Shown: in pieces, positions 11,043 to 21,773 of the stretch | Numbering within the stretch: the stretch's first letter is position 1 | Layout of the letters: every line of letters begins with the position of its first letter | Assembly: GCF_041146345.1 (NCBI RefSeq) | Contig: NW_027191404.1 | Coordinates: 2,294,001 to 2,358,000 of the forward strand | Length of the DNA: 64,000 bases | Direction of reading: 5' to 3' | Source: Neodothiora populina | Taxonomy: Eukaryota | Translations under genes and position numbers: made by a program | Notes under the pieces: generated by a model | The model's database searches: none | Seen by the model: the letters and a program-made list of their open reading frames with translations, nothing else | Told to the model about the DNA's origin: nothing

Positions 11043-14000
11043 CTATGAAAAGCCGTTACTGACCCCTGGCGACCCAGCCACGGCCGCACTCAGCGATCCG
11101 AAGCCGCTCATCCTGTTCGGCGCGCTCGTGCCGAACGCAGGCACCGAGTGGCCTGGGATCGGACTTCCGATCTCGCCTAGCACGGCCGGCGCGCGTCCCG
11201 TGCTGGGTGTGCCTGCGTCGGGCTCGAACTTGACCGAGAAGGAACTGCTGTTGTTGCCATCGTGGCGCACGTGCAGGAGCCCGCCTCCGTTCTGCGCGTC
11301 GCCTTCGGTCTCGCAGATGTCTTCGATTTCCTTGAGCGTGATGGGCGAGTCGACGAGGGGACGGCTGGCTTCGATCTGGCGCAGGATGGAGTCCACGGGG
11401 TGGAAGTCGTCTTTGGTCGGTTCGCGGACGGCGAGCTGTTTGCAGGCTTGACAGAGCGATAGACGGATTGTTAAGGGTCGGTTTGGTCCTGAAGGACGGT
11501 GGCTGAGGGATCCGAAGCCGTTGTGCGTCCAAGAAGGTGAACCGAGGGCGGCGCCCCAGCTCGAGCTTGATGTCAGCCCGGGAGGCCCAAACATGCTAGG
11601 TGAGGTCCAGCTGCTGCCGGGTGTGGCAAAGGAGTCTAACCTCGCGGGTCCGGCGAAGGGTGAACCCATTCCGATAGGCCCTGACGCTCTCGGGCCAGCA
11701 AAGGCACTCTGTCGCCTCTCTGACGCGATGGGGAGAGGCTCGTCAGCATCGTCGAGGAGGGCACTGCTACCTAGATGTTTGCTGGGATCATCCTCTCCAT
11801 TGCTCATGTGACCCTCGTGAGGTTTCACACTCGAAGGTCGCTGGATTGGAGTCGGGCGAGCGATGGGCTGAGTGGACAGAGGGTCGATGCCGACTTTGTC
11901 TGATGATTGCGTCCGCGAGTGCGATGGCATGGATTGGCGAGGTAAACCGAATCCAGGCGCTGCGCCAGTCAAGGGCATTTGGGATTGACCAAAGGCTGCA
12001 GGGTTGTCCAGATGGAAGCCGCGACTCGACGGTCCCATACCGAGGCCGTTGACGCTGGGAGGCGGAGGTCCCGTCATGCCATTGCTTCCATGAAAGGGCT
12101 GAAACGGGCTGCCGATCTGAGGATGTTGTGGATAGCCTTGGACCGATTGTCTGTGATTCATGAAAGATCCATGCGGCTGATGGAAGCCAGGAAACCCTCC
12201 CATGGGCGGCAAACTGCCGAATGGGTTACCAAGACTCGAGTGAGGCATTCCTGGAGGTGGTGGTAAATGGTTCGGCGGAGACGTTGGCTGCGGATGTTGC
12301 ATCATGGGCGTTTGACCGTATGGTTTCTGCAGGATGGACTTGGGCAGCACAGACGACTGAGACGCAGACGAATTGCCCGGGGACGTTGACTTGCTTGCAG
12401 AGAATGGGGAAGATCTCGGCGGACTTGTGTGCGAGCCGTATTGCGAGTTCTGACGTCCTGGAGTCGGAGCTTTAGGAAGGACAGGGGTTGCGACCGCCAG
12501 GTGTGGTGAATTGACGTTCGACGACGACTGCTTAGGATGCAGACCAGGTGGTACGGCGACCATGCCGAGTTGTGAAGGACGTTTGGCAATCTGCGGCGGG
12601 TGCATGTTGCTGTGCTGTTGCATCAATTTCCTCTCGCGTTCGTGAGCTTCTCTCTCTACCTTTGCCTTTGCCTCGCGCTCTCGCTTTTCCCGTTCGTCTT
12701 GCGCTCTTTTCTCCTTGGCTTCTCGCTCTCTCGTTTCCCGCTCCTCGCGCTCCTTTTTGCGGGCTTCATCACGTTGTTTCTTCTCGAGCGCTTTCTGCTC
12801 ACGCAACTTGCGCTCGGACTCTTGTTGTCTCTCTCGCTCCTCCTGCTGGCGCTTCAAGCGTTCGGTTTCCTTGCGCTGCCGCTCTTCTTCTTGGGCCTTG
12901 CGCTCGGCTTCCTTCTTCTTACGCTGCTCTTCCTTCTTGCGCTGTTGTTCCAGACGCTTCTTCTCCTCAATCTCCCGCAAGGCAGCTTCTTCGGCCGCCT
13001 TTTCCGCCTCTTTGCGCGCCTTCTCCTCGGCTTTGGCCTGTTTCTGTGCTTCCTTCTTCTTCTTTCGCTTCTCCGCGTCCCGAGCCTTCTTGGCCTCGCG
13101 CTCGGCATCCAATCGTGTCTCGTCCTCCAGCTCTTCCAGTAGTCGCTTCTGTCTTTCCGCTGCGACCTTTTCTCTGTAGGCGGTTAGGACTCGCTGTTCG
13201 AACATGCGCGCGGCAAAGATCTGGAACATCCGACGGCCTTCCTCCATGCGTTGCTCTTCAGACATGCCACCCTGCGAGGGCAAAGTGGTTAGCTCGTCTA
13301 TTATGGAAAGGTCAGTGATTGTGCGTACCATCTCGTCCTCGTCTTCTTCCTCGTCCTCGTACTCCTCCTGGCTGTCGTAATCTTCCTCGTCTTCTTCGTA
13401 GTCGTCTTCCTCGACCTGGTGGTCGTGAGGGTTGGGCGGGTAGGAGTGGGCGGGTTGGGTGGCTTGATATTCGGCTTCTTGCTCGCGCTGCATCCGTCGC
13501 TCGGCGAGTTGCTCCATCATTTCGATGAATTTCTTGCCGTCGTTCTTGAGCAGATCGTCGGCGACGGTAAGGATGCCGCCTGAAGCACAGTTCAGCCTTC
13601 CGAGCCAATACGTCAGCATCTCCTGCAGATACTGCCTACCTTTGACGGTCAAGCTATTGCCAAATTGGAAGAAATCCGCTGTCATGCCCCCCGGGAGGTG
13701 GTCGTCGGGCTCGTCTTCTTCGTCGCTGTATAGCTCGTCATCATCGTCGTCTTCGTCTGCGTCGTCGTCGTCGTCATCGTCGTCCTCGTCCTCGTCTTCG
13801 CTGTACTCTTCCTCGTCACCCTCGCTCACTTCTTCTCGGTCCTCGTCGTCCATCATCTCGTGTACACGACTCGTGCGGTGACGGGTATTGGCGGGATTCA
13901 GCGGTAGAGGCAGGCCAGGCAGTCGCGAAGCCAAGGGCGAGGGCGAGGGCAGGTGCCGATGCAGAGGTCGGGGTGGGGGCAGCATGCCGTCTGACGGATC

Positions 14001-14831
14001 GCCTTTGGTGTGCGCATACTGCTCGAGCTCTTCGTAGTAGGCGTCGTAGAGAACCTCGAGTTCCTCCTCGATGGCGGTGCGCTTCCTTCCACAAACGGTG
14101 CAGCTGCAGGAGTGTTTTTGTTGTTCCTTCATCTTGCGTAAGACAGCTTCCTTCTCGATCTTGAGCAGCGACTTGCGCTCTTCTTCGCTCAGCGACAGCC
14201 AGAACTCCTTGATACGCTCCCGCTCTTCCTGCGTAGACGTGTTCCAGATGCGATCCTGCTTTGCGCCTCGCTGGACGGACCTGAAGGTGGCGCTCGACAT
14301 TGGCGGCGGCGGCGGGGGCGGCGGCGGCGGAGGGGTGGGGTAGGAGGAGTTGTGAGAGTCAAAATGAGAGGCGGGAGGCTGTGGCTGGTGGTGGTTCTGT
14401 TGCGCGGATATGCTCCTCCTCTTCTTCTTCCCTTTCCGCTTGACGGCTGCAGGGGAAGGCGAGGCTGCGGGGTCGTGCACATGATGCTGGTGGGGCACGC
14501 GGGCGGGGTGATGCACAGGGGCGGCGCCGGCGTAGTCGTCCTCGTCGTCTTCGTCGCCTTCAGCTTCGCTGTAGCAGTCGGGCGATCTGTCCGAGTTGAC
14601 GTCGTTCTGGCTGCCACGGCGAGTGTGATTGTGCGGCGCTTGCGGCGAGGTGGGAGCGGCATGATGTTGTGACTCTTGGGAAGCAGCCTTCTTGGCAGCC
14701 TCCTTTGCCCGTCTCTTCTGCTTCTTGCGGCTGCCTCCTGCAGGCCCAGGAAGGTTCGTCGGAGCCACGAGGCCGTTGGAGTCGTCGTGGGCAGGCGGCG
14801 GAGCGCTGGCAGCTGGTGAATTTTGCGCCAT
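11043..14831 (-). CDS. NST1: Stress response protein Nst1 (~1,223 aa); two in-frame introns at 13580-13639 and 13272-13328
   Basis: Motifs IWNTSTQEERERIKEFWLSL, HSCSCTVCGRKRTAIEEELEVLYDAYY, ADDLLKNDGKKFIEMMEQLAERR and EEGRRMFQIFAARMFEQRV, followed by a long coiled coil. The 60-nt and 57-nt GT..AG segments with branch sites interrupt conserved blocks. Confidence 0.92.
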   Translation of the reverse strand: MAQNSPAASAPPPAHDDSNGLVAPTNLPGPAGGSRKKQKRRAKEAAKKAASQESQHHAAPTSPQAPHNHTRRGSQNDVNSDRSPDCYSEAEGDEDDEDDYAGAAPVHHPARVPHQHHVHDPAASPSPAAVKRKGKKKRRSISAQQNHHQPQPPASHFDSHNSSYPTPPPPPPPPPPPMSSATFRSVQRGAKQDRIWNTSTQEERERIKEFWLSLSEEERKSLLKIEKEAVLRKMKEQQKHSCSCTVCGRKRTAIEEELEVLYDAYYEELEQYAHTKGDPSDGMLPPPRPLHRHLPSPSPLASRLPGLPLPLNPANTRHRTSRVHEMMDDEDREEVSEGDEEEYSEDEDEDDDDDDDDADEDDDDDELYSDEEDEPDDHLPGGMTADFFQFGNSLTVKGRQYLQEMLTYWLGRLNCASGGILTVADDLLKNDGKKFIEMMEQLAERRMQREQEAEYQATQPAHSYPPNPHDHQVEEDDYEEDEEDYDSQEEYEDEEEDEDEMVRTITDLSIIDELTTLPSQGGMSEEQRMEEGRRMFQIFAARMFEQRVLTAYREKVAAERQKRLLEELEDETRLDAEREAKKARDAEKRKKKKEAQKQAKAEEKARKEAEKAAEEAALREIEEKKRLEQQRKKEEQRKKKEAERKAQEEERQRKETERLKRQQEERERQQESERKLREQKALEKKQRDEARKKEREERETREREAKEKRAQDEREKREREAKAKVEREAHERERKLMQQHSNMHPPQIAKRPSQLGMVAVPPGLHPKQSSSNVNSPHLAVATPVLPKAPTPGRQNSQYGSHTSPPRSSPFSASKSTSPGNSSASQSSVLPKSILQKPYGQTPMMQHPQPTSPPNHLPPPPGMPHSSLGNPFGSLPPMGGFPGFHQPHGSFMNHRQSVQGYPQHPQIGSPFQPFHGSNGMTGPPPPSVNGLGMGPSSRGFHLDNPAAFGQSQMPLTGAAPGFGLPRQSMPSHSRTQSSDKVGIDPLSTQPIARPTPIQRPSSVKPHEGHMSNGEDDPSKHLGSSALLDDADEPLPIASERRQSAFAGPRASGPIGMGSPFAGPARLDSFATPGSSWTSPSMFGPPGLTSSSSWGAALGSPSWTHNGFGSLSHRPSGPNRPLTIRLSLCQACKQLAVREPTKDDFHPVDSILRQIEASRPLVDSPITLKEIEDICETEGDAQNGGGLLHVRHDGNNSSSFSVKFEPDAGTPSTGRAPAVLGEIGSPIPGHSVPAFGTSAPNRMSGFGSLSAAVAGSPGVSNGFS

Positions 14832-15359
14832 GTCAGGTCGCTGTGACCGACTGCGGGCTCGCAGCGGTGGTGATCAACGTCGGGATTGGCAGAGAGTCAC
14901 GGCCTCGACAGTCCAGCTAGAGAGGAGAGAGAGAAGGAGCCCACTGGTGTCTGGCGAGGGGGATTGTGGGTGGAGTGGAGTGGCGCGTTGTCTCTGGCAC
15001 TGGCGCGCTGTGATGTGGTGCTTTCTGATTGCAGACCTGGTGGGAGAAGGGGCCGAAACGTCGCCACGTGCGCCTCTGACACAGTGTGAGGACGGGCGCA
15101 GTCAGTCTGGTGGAAGACCAAGCAGCTGAAGTGGTGAGGGTGCCTGGCAGATTAGATTGTTGTCTGCGTAACTGGGTTACTGCTCAAAGAGAGAGTCTCA
15201 AGCCTGCCTTCCTTGCATTCAATCACCAAGAGGCCCTTCCTGCCGTTCCTGCCCTTCTTGTCCACCCCCGTAGTATTGCCTCAGGGCTGGTAGGGCTGGC
15301 ACGCGGAATCGGCTGGGTTGCTCCGAAAGACTGAAGGTTTGTGATGGGACGGGTCTGCA

Positions 15360-15396
15360 TGAGTCATGTCGAGTCATGTCGAGTCATGGTGAGTCA
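15360..15396. repeat. Tandem GAGTCATGTC repeat (~3.5 units) containing two TGAGTCA (CpcA/Gcn4/AP-1-type) sites
   Basis: TGAGTCATGTCGAGTCATGTCGAGTCATGGTGAGTCA read directly. Confidence 0.7.
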
Positions 15397-15629
15397 GGCA
15401 GTGATGCCAAGACGTCCGTCGAGCTGATCGAGAGATCACTCACTCCAGCCAAGACGTGCTCCAAGGCCGCAGCCTGACCTGCCCTGCCCTGCTCCTGCAC
15501 CCGAGAAGTTGCATTGATTACCTATCTTGCCTCTGTCGAATAAGGTGCGGTGCCTACGATGGTTCACAGAATATATACTAGTATCACTGTATATCGTAGA
15601 CTTCCATATACCCTGCACGCCGTCAAGGC

Positions 15630-15665
15630 TACCTCAAGGTACTGTGCAGGTAGTACCTTGAGGTA
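15630..15665. repeat. Perfect 14-bp inverted repeat with 8-nt loop
   Basis: TACCTCAAGGTACT-gtgcaggt-AGTACCTTGAGGTA. Confidence 0.85.
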
Positions 15666-16121
15666 AGGTAGTAATGATAAGGGCAGCCCGGCCCAGCCAG
15701 CCAGCCTTACCTTCCCGTATCGTAAATGATTATAATTAGAAAGATTCGCACTTGGTATTACTATTGCTGCTCATGGTCCTCGGTGCCATCTTTGCATTAT
15801 CCTTAATAACAATTCCCCCATCTACTCGGTAAGGTACCTTGGGACGCCTACTTCACTCTCGGCCACGTGCCGCGTGTAGATTTGAACAGAGAGCTTATGT
15901 ACTGCATCTCGAGCCAAAACCCTCACCGAATAAATAAAGTATCCCTATCGCAAGCCATACAGTGAATGTCCGAGACGCCCTCGACCGCCGCTGTGTCAAG
16001 CCGCAGCTTGAAACACTAACGCGCGTATAGTCTTTGGCCTTGTCCGTTCCTCCCATCAAACCACTATTTCTCTCTGCTGTACTTGAACCATCCCCCCCAC
16101 TTGGTTCACCTGCTATCTGCA

Positions 16122-16244
16122 CATCTGCCATCTGCCATCTGCCATCTGCCATCTGCCATCTGCCATCTGCCATCTGCCATCTGCCATCTGCCATCTGCCA
16201 TCTGCCATCTGCCATCTGCCATCTGCCATCTGCCATCTGCCATC
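16122..16244. repeat. Perfect 7-bp tandem repeat (CATCTGC) x ~17.5
   Basis: Uninterrupted CATCTGC units, about 370 bp upstream of the rho2 ATG. Confidence 0.97.
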
Positions 16245-16610
16245 CCGCAGTACTGTAAACACTACACTACTCGTAATCCTGATTCTTGCGAATCGAATCG
16301 ACGCCGTCGCCGCCTGTTCTGTCGTCTATCGAGATCGCTTCTCCGTCATCCCCGTACACCAACCCCATTGTTACCTCCCGCCCACCCCGCGCGCCTTGTG
16401 CCACAGCCTCTGCTCTCGCTCTCGTCGCTCTGCGACACCACACCAATTCTTGAACTGCTGGTCTCTGCCCGCCTGCCACACATCGCTCGTTTTATCGCGA
16501 CCTCCAGCTCCTCGTCGCTCTCGTTTTCTCTCTCGCTTTCTGACACAACTGTCGTTTTCCCACCGTGTCTCGCCATCCTCTGTTAGCTCGGTCTCTGTTG
16601 ATCTGAAAGC

Positions 16611-17418
16611 ATGGCTCAAGACCAAGGCATCATAAGAAGGTGCGCGCACATCCGCTGTTGTCGTCGTCGACGCCATCGTCGCAATATTCACGTCGAGTAC
16701 TGACCGTGTCTATTTCTCCGTATAGAAAGCTTGTCATCATCGGTGATGGTGCTTGTGGAAAGACCAGTTTATTGAGTGTTTTTACGTTAGGCTACTTCCC
16801 AACTGTAAGAAGATGAATCATGGCTTTTGGCGGCATCATGTTCTTTACTGACACTCTGTGTAGCGCTATGTACGATTCATCGACCTTTGAAATGATCACC
16901 AGTCACCAGAAATCATTAACTAACGAATGAACCAGGTACCGACCGTTTTCGAAAACTATGTTACGGACTGCAGGGTCGACGGAAAATCGGTGCAGCTGGC
17001 CTTATGGGATACCGCTGGTCAAGAAGATTATGAGAGACTGAGACCGCTTGCCTACTCCCAAGCCCATGTTATCCTTATCGCCTTCTCTGTGGACACACCG
17101 GACTCCCTGGAGAACGTCAAGCACAAGTGGGCCGACGAGGCCACCGAGAGATGTCCCGGAGTTCCAATCATCCTTGTCGGCCTGAAGAAAGATCTCCGCG
17201 AGGATCCCGTTGCCCAGGAGGAGATGCGGAAACGAAGCCAGAAGTTCATCGGACGGAAACAAGGCGAAGACATGAAGGAAGAAATCGGCGCCCGGAAATA
17301 CCTAGAGTGCAGTAGTTTGACCGGCGACGGTGTCGACGATGTCTTCGAAGCCGCCACGAGAGCTGCGCTGCTGGCGGTCGACAAACGCGAGTCTACTGGC
17401 TGCTGCGTCATTCTATGA
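16611..17418 (+). CDS. RHO2: Rho2-family small GTPase (~198 aa); exons 16611-16639, 16726-16804, 16864-16869 (6-nt microexon), 16936-17418
   Basis: [70 protein letters not shown]-terminal CCVIL CAAX box. Confidence 0.95.
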
Positions 17419-18171
17419 GCGTCTCCCGAGACACGCCTCTCTTGATTGTGTTCACTGGACGCTGGCGCATCACGGAGGCAGCATTAGCGTTGACGAGCGT
17501 TCCTTGTGTCACGGCCTTTGGCTTGCGCTTTTCCACCCACCTGAGCGAAGGGCATTTATTACGGCGTTTGGACGGGACCATGCGCAGGCTCCAAAGCGGA
17601 CTTTTTATTATCATACTGTCGAGTACATTGTTTTTCTGTCTGTGGGTTTTTCTTCTTCTGCCAAGGACTCGTTTTTGCGAGTCGCTGTGGGCTTTTTGGG
17701 CGTTTTCTGCGAAGAACAAAAAAGCTGGTCGATTTTTTCTTCTCTTTGTTTTGTTGATTCTCTCACATGCTTCTCACCACAGAGGGGAACCTTGTGGACA
17801 GGGGAAGATGTTGCGAGAGGTGGTCATGATACCCCCGAGCCATTCATTTGATACCAATTTTCTTTTTTTGCTTCGCTCTCATCTTAACATTCGTGTTGAT
17901 TTATTTTTTCTCATTCCTCTACTCTTTATTTTATGATAGACAGCCTTGAATAGCAAGTCATCGCTAATCAGATTCGGGAGAATATGGTGTGTCAGACCAC
18001 GTCTTTTTATCTATTCGTTTGTGGCTGCTGGACCATGTGACACCTGGAAGGACATGCGAGTCGACTCATCCTCGTAGCCCTCGGCCAGCATGGATATATA
18101 TCTACATGATACGAAAAAACCTGCGCCTCGTCTTACAACACTCCAATGCAAATAAGCCTCCCGACACGGCC

Positions 18172-18844
18172 TCATCTCGTCCAACCATGATTCCACCCAT
18201 CGCGTCCCGGATTCTCCGTCTGAATCCTAGCATACTCAATCGGCACACCCTCCCAGATGCCCTTCTTACTCATAGCAATCCTGTACAGCCTGCCCACATC
18301 CTTGCCCTCGTTCGCGCCTGCACCGTCGGCCTTGAGCGTCATGCCGTTCCCATCCATCAGCCTCAGCGCCTCGCACGCCTCGCGCATGCTGTTGTACTGC
18401 CTCTCGAGCTCGAGCTCGCGCGCGCGCCGCTGCTGCGCCGAGTAGAGTTGCCAGGCGCGGTGGATCGTCCAGTGGCGAAGGAAGCGCTGGCGGCTGAAGC
18501 GTAGCGGCCGTGGCGTCAGGGGGTGTTGCAGGAAGTAGCGGATTTGGGCTTTGCGGTCTCAGTCAGGTTTTGGGGTGAGATGGGGGGATCTGGGAGGGGA
18601 AGGGAAGGGCACGGGATGGGAGGAGTAGGAGGAGCCGGGGGGTTCACGTACTGACTCGCGGGTCTTTCTTTGGTCCTCCCCGGTTGCGTGCTTGGGTTGC
18701 GGGCGTCGATGAGAAGGCTGCTGTTTGCTGCTTCTGCTGCTGTGAACTGGTCCATGTGAGGGATTTGAGCGAGGCGGCTGTTGATCGCACTGTGGCGGGG
18801 GTGGGGTTGCGCAGGCAGCGCTGGGAGAAGAGGCTGGTCGACAT
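18172..18844 (-). CDS. MRPL28: Mitochondrial large ribosomal subunit protein mL40/MRPL28 family (~189 aa); intron 18549-18651
   Basis: Arg/Ser-rich presequence, then KKDPRVTQIRYFLQHPLTPRPLRFSRQRFLRHWTIHRAWQLY...GVPIEYARIQTE...WNHGWTR. Confidence 0.85.
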
Positions 18845-19406
18845 TGTAGGGAGTGAGACTGCGGTGTGGATTGAGCTCGTCAGGCGTGGGAGGGAGAGGA
18901 AGAAGGCGGTTCTTTCGCTCTTGGTGGTTGTGTCTGCGCCTCGAGTCTCGGGGGGAGGTAGGCGAAGTCGACTGGGGATGTAGCAGCCGTAGACAGATGC
19001 GGAATCAGAGATTGTGGTGGAATAGATCCGGTGTTGCGGTGATGGATGATGGATGATGATACAGGTGCTCTACTACCAGTGTTTCCGTCGTCGATAATTC
19101 ACTGTCGATACATGCACCGCAGCAAGATTTGGGACGTTCTGCCAAGACCGACTTTCCGTCAAAGTACAGTACGTACCTGCGACGAGTGTCGGCGTTTGAC
19201 CTTTTGTCAAAATGTGTCCTGGTCCTCTCGCCGCCTGCCTTAGGCTATTTTCGCACTCCCTAGGTATACAAGGTTCGCTAGCGCAAGTAACAGTGGCGTG
19301 TGTGTTTCCTCTTTTCCAGTAGCTGTGACGGAGGCCCTACAGAGGCACACAGGTACTGTACAAGTGCTCCGTACTCGCAGGGTTACTCCCGAGCGCCGCG
19401 TGCGTG

Positions 19407-19442
19407 GGTCCTGGTCCCGGTCCTGGTCCCGGTCCTGGTCCT
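19407..19442. repeat. (GGTCCY)x6 tandem repeat in the MRPL28/PCM1 divergent promoter
   Basis: GGTCCT GGTCCC GGTCCT GGTCCC GGTCCT GGTCCT. Confidence 0.85.
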
Positions 19443-19738
19443 TGAAATGGCGGGGTGAAACATATTACAATACGAACACTCGAAAGAGACGGCAAAGCTT
19501 ACTTTGCCTTACAGCGTCTTACTGCAATTGCACCATATAGTACAGTGTCTTTGATCCTTGGACTCTGCCTAGAACTGACTGCGCATCTGACCCTCCACTC
19601 CTGCTGACTGCTCTGCTTTGTTTCATCCTTGGCTTATCGTCATCCTTTCTGCCATATCATTGTTCCCTTTGTCGTCGTCATCTCCGCCATCCGCATCTGG
19701 GGAGACAGATACAAAGACAATCTAGTCAAACCTCCACC

Positions 19739-21773
19739 ATGAATGTCGACGAGATCAGAGCTGCCTCTGCCAAGCGCAGTCCGCCTGCTGAACAGGTCGG
19801 TCTACCAGAAGAATGGCGCAGCAGGACTCGATGGCGCTGACTTTAGCGGCCACACAGGTCGGCAGGTTCCAATATGGCACTGCAGGTGTAAGTAGATCCT
19901 CGACTCTCGGAACATGAACAGATCGAGTCACCTCAGTATGACATTTCGCTGACGTAGTGGATCTAGTTCCGAATGAAGGCGTATGTTCACCAGACCCGAC
20001 TCCCCTTGCCTCGTCTTGCATGTTCAACACCACCTTCGCCAACGACAGGAGCAATCGCGCGCAATGAAGGACTCGGAACAGACAATACTAACATGGTCAT
20101 GTTTCCTCGAACCACAGAAAACTGCTCGACTCGGTCGTCTTTCGAGTCGGTCTCCTGGCTTCCCTTCGTTCTCGCAAACTCAATGGCCAGACCATTGGTG
20201 TCATGATCACTGCCAGCCACAACCCTCCCGAAGACAACGGTGTGAAGCTGGTAGACCCCATGGTAACATGCTCGATATGCATGACTACAAAAGCCTGGAC
20301 GGCTGATTTCCATTCCGCAGGGTGAGATGCTGGAAGCGTCATGGGAGAAGTATGCCACCATGCTGGCCAACGCCGTAGACGACGACGATCTGGTCAAGGT
20401 GTACAACGACATCGCCAAGACGGTCAAGGTCAACCTCGAGGCTCCCGCAAATGTCATCTTTGCTCGCGATACTCGCGCCTCTGGCCCTCGTCTGGTCGAG
20501 TGTCTCCTGGATGCGCTCGATGCTACCGCGGCCAAATACACCGACTTCAAATGGCTCACCACCCCTCAGCTCCACTACCTCGTGCGATGTATCAACACCA
20601 AGGGCACCCAGGACGAGTATGGCGAGCCTGCCGAGAAGGGCTACTACGAGAAGCTCGCTGCTGCATTCAAGCAGGCCATCGGTCAAGCAAGACCTAGCGG
20701 CGGCCTCACTGTTGACTGCGCCAATGGTGTCGGTGCTCCTAAGCTCAAGGAGTTGATCAAGTACCTTCCTACTGCTTCCGAGGGCGGCATTGATATCAGA
20801 ATCGTCAATGACGAGATCCACAAGCCTGAGAGCCTCAATCACCAGGTATTTCGCCGTCTCATGTCAATTATATTACTGCTACTCCTACTGACGTGTTCTG
20901 TAATAGTGCGGTGCAGACTTCGTCAAGACCGGCCAACGGGCCCCGCCTGCATCAAAGGCTACCCCTCTCGACCGCTGCTGCTCTCTGGATGGCGACGCTG
21001 ATCGTATCGTCTTCTATTTCAACGATCAGAACAACACCTTCCGCCTGCTGGACGGCGATCGCATCGCCACGCTGGCCGCTTCTTTCATCGGGCATCTCGC
21101 TCGCCAATCTGGGTTACTCGAGAAGCTCAACATCGGTGTTGTGCAGACCGCCTACGCCAACGGAGCCGCCACCAATTACGTACAAAAGAACCTGGGTCTC
21201 CAGCTTGTCTTTACCAACACCGGAGTCAAGCATCTGCACCACGCCGCCACCCGTTTCGACGTCGGTGTCTATTTCGAAGCCAACGGCCATGGTACCGTCG
21301 TTTTCTCTCCCTCCGCTCTGAAGACCATCCACACCCACGAGCCTCAATCGCCTGCCCAGGCCGACGCTCTCGGAACTCTGATCGCACTTACCGATCTCAT
21401 CAACCAGACAGTCGGTGACGCCCTCTCTGATATGCTTCTCGTCGAGGTCATTCTGGCACACAAGGGTTACTCCTGCACTGAGTGGCTCAACAACTACACC
21501 GATCTTCCTAACCGTCTCGTCCGAGTGGAAGTCGCCGACCGCAACCAGTTCACCACGGTCGAGGGCACCGCAGAACGCAAGCTGGCGACCCCGGATGGAG
21601 CACAGGCTGAAATTGACAAGCTTGTCGCGAAATACAAAGATGGTCGGTCATTCGCTCGCGCCAGTGGCACAGAGGACGCCGTTCGTGTCTACGCCGAAGC
21701 TGCTTCGAGAGCCGAGGCCGAAGATCTCGCCCAAGGTGTTGCGCAGATTGTCCGAAAAGCTGGCAGCAAGTAA
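19739..21773 (+). CDS. PCM1: Phosphoacetylglucosamine mutase (~545 aa); exons 19739-19795, 19858-19887, 19967-19980, 20118-20262, 20321-20845, 20907-21773
   Basis: YGTAGFRMKA, catalytic MITASHNP, metal loop [34 protein letters not shown]. Confidence 0.95.

Noticed and set aside
15895..16586. ORFs with MADGRWQ / SAICHLP repeats
   Set aside because: They are translations of the (CATCTGC)n tandem repeat and the pyrimidine-rich rho2 leader, not credible proteins.
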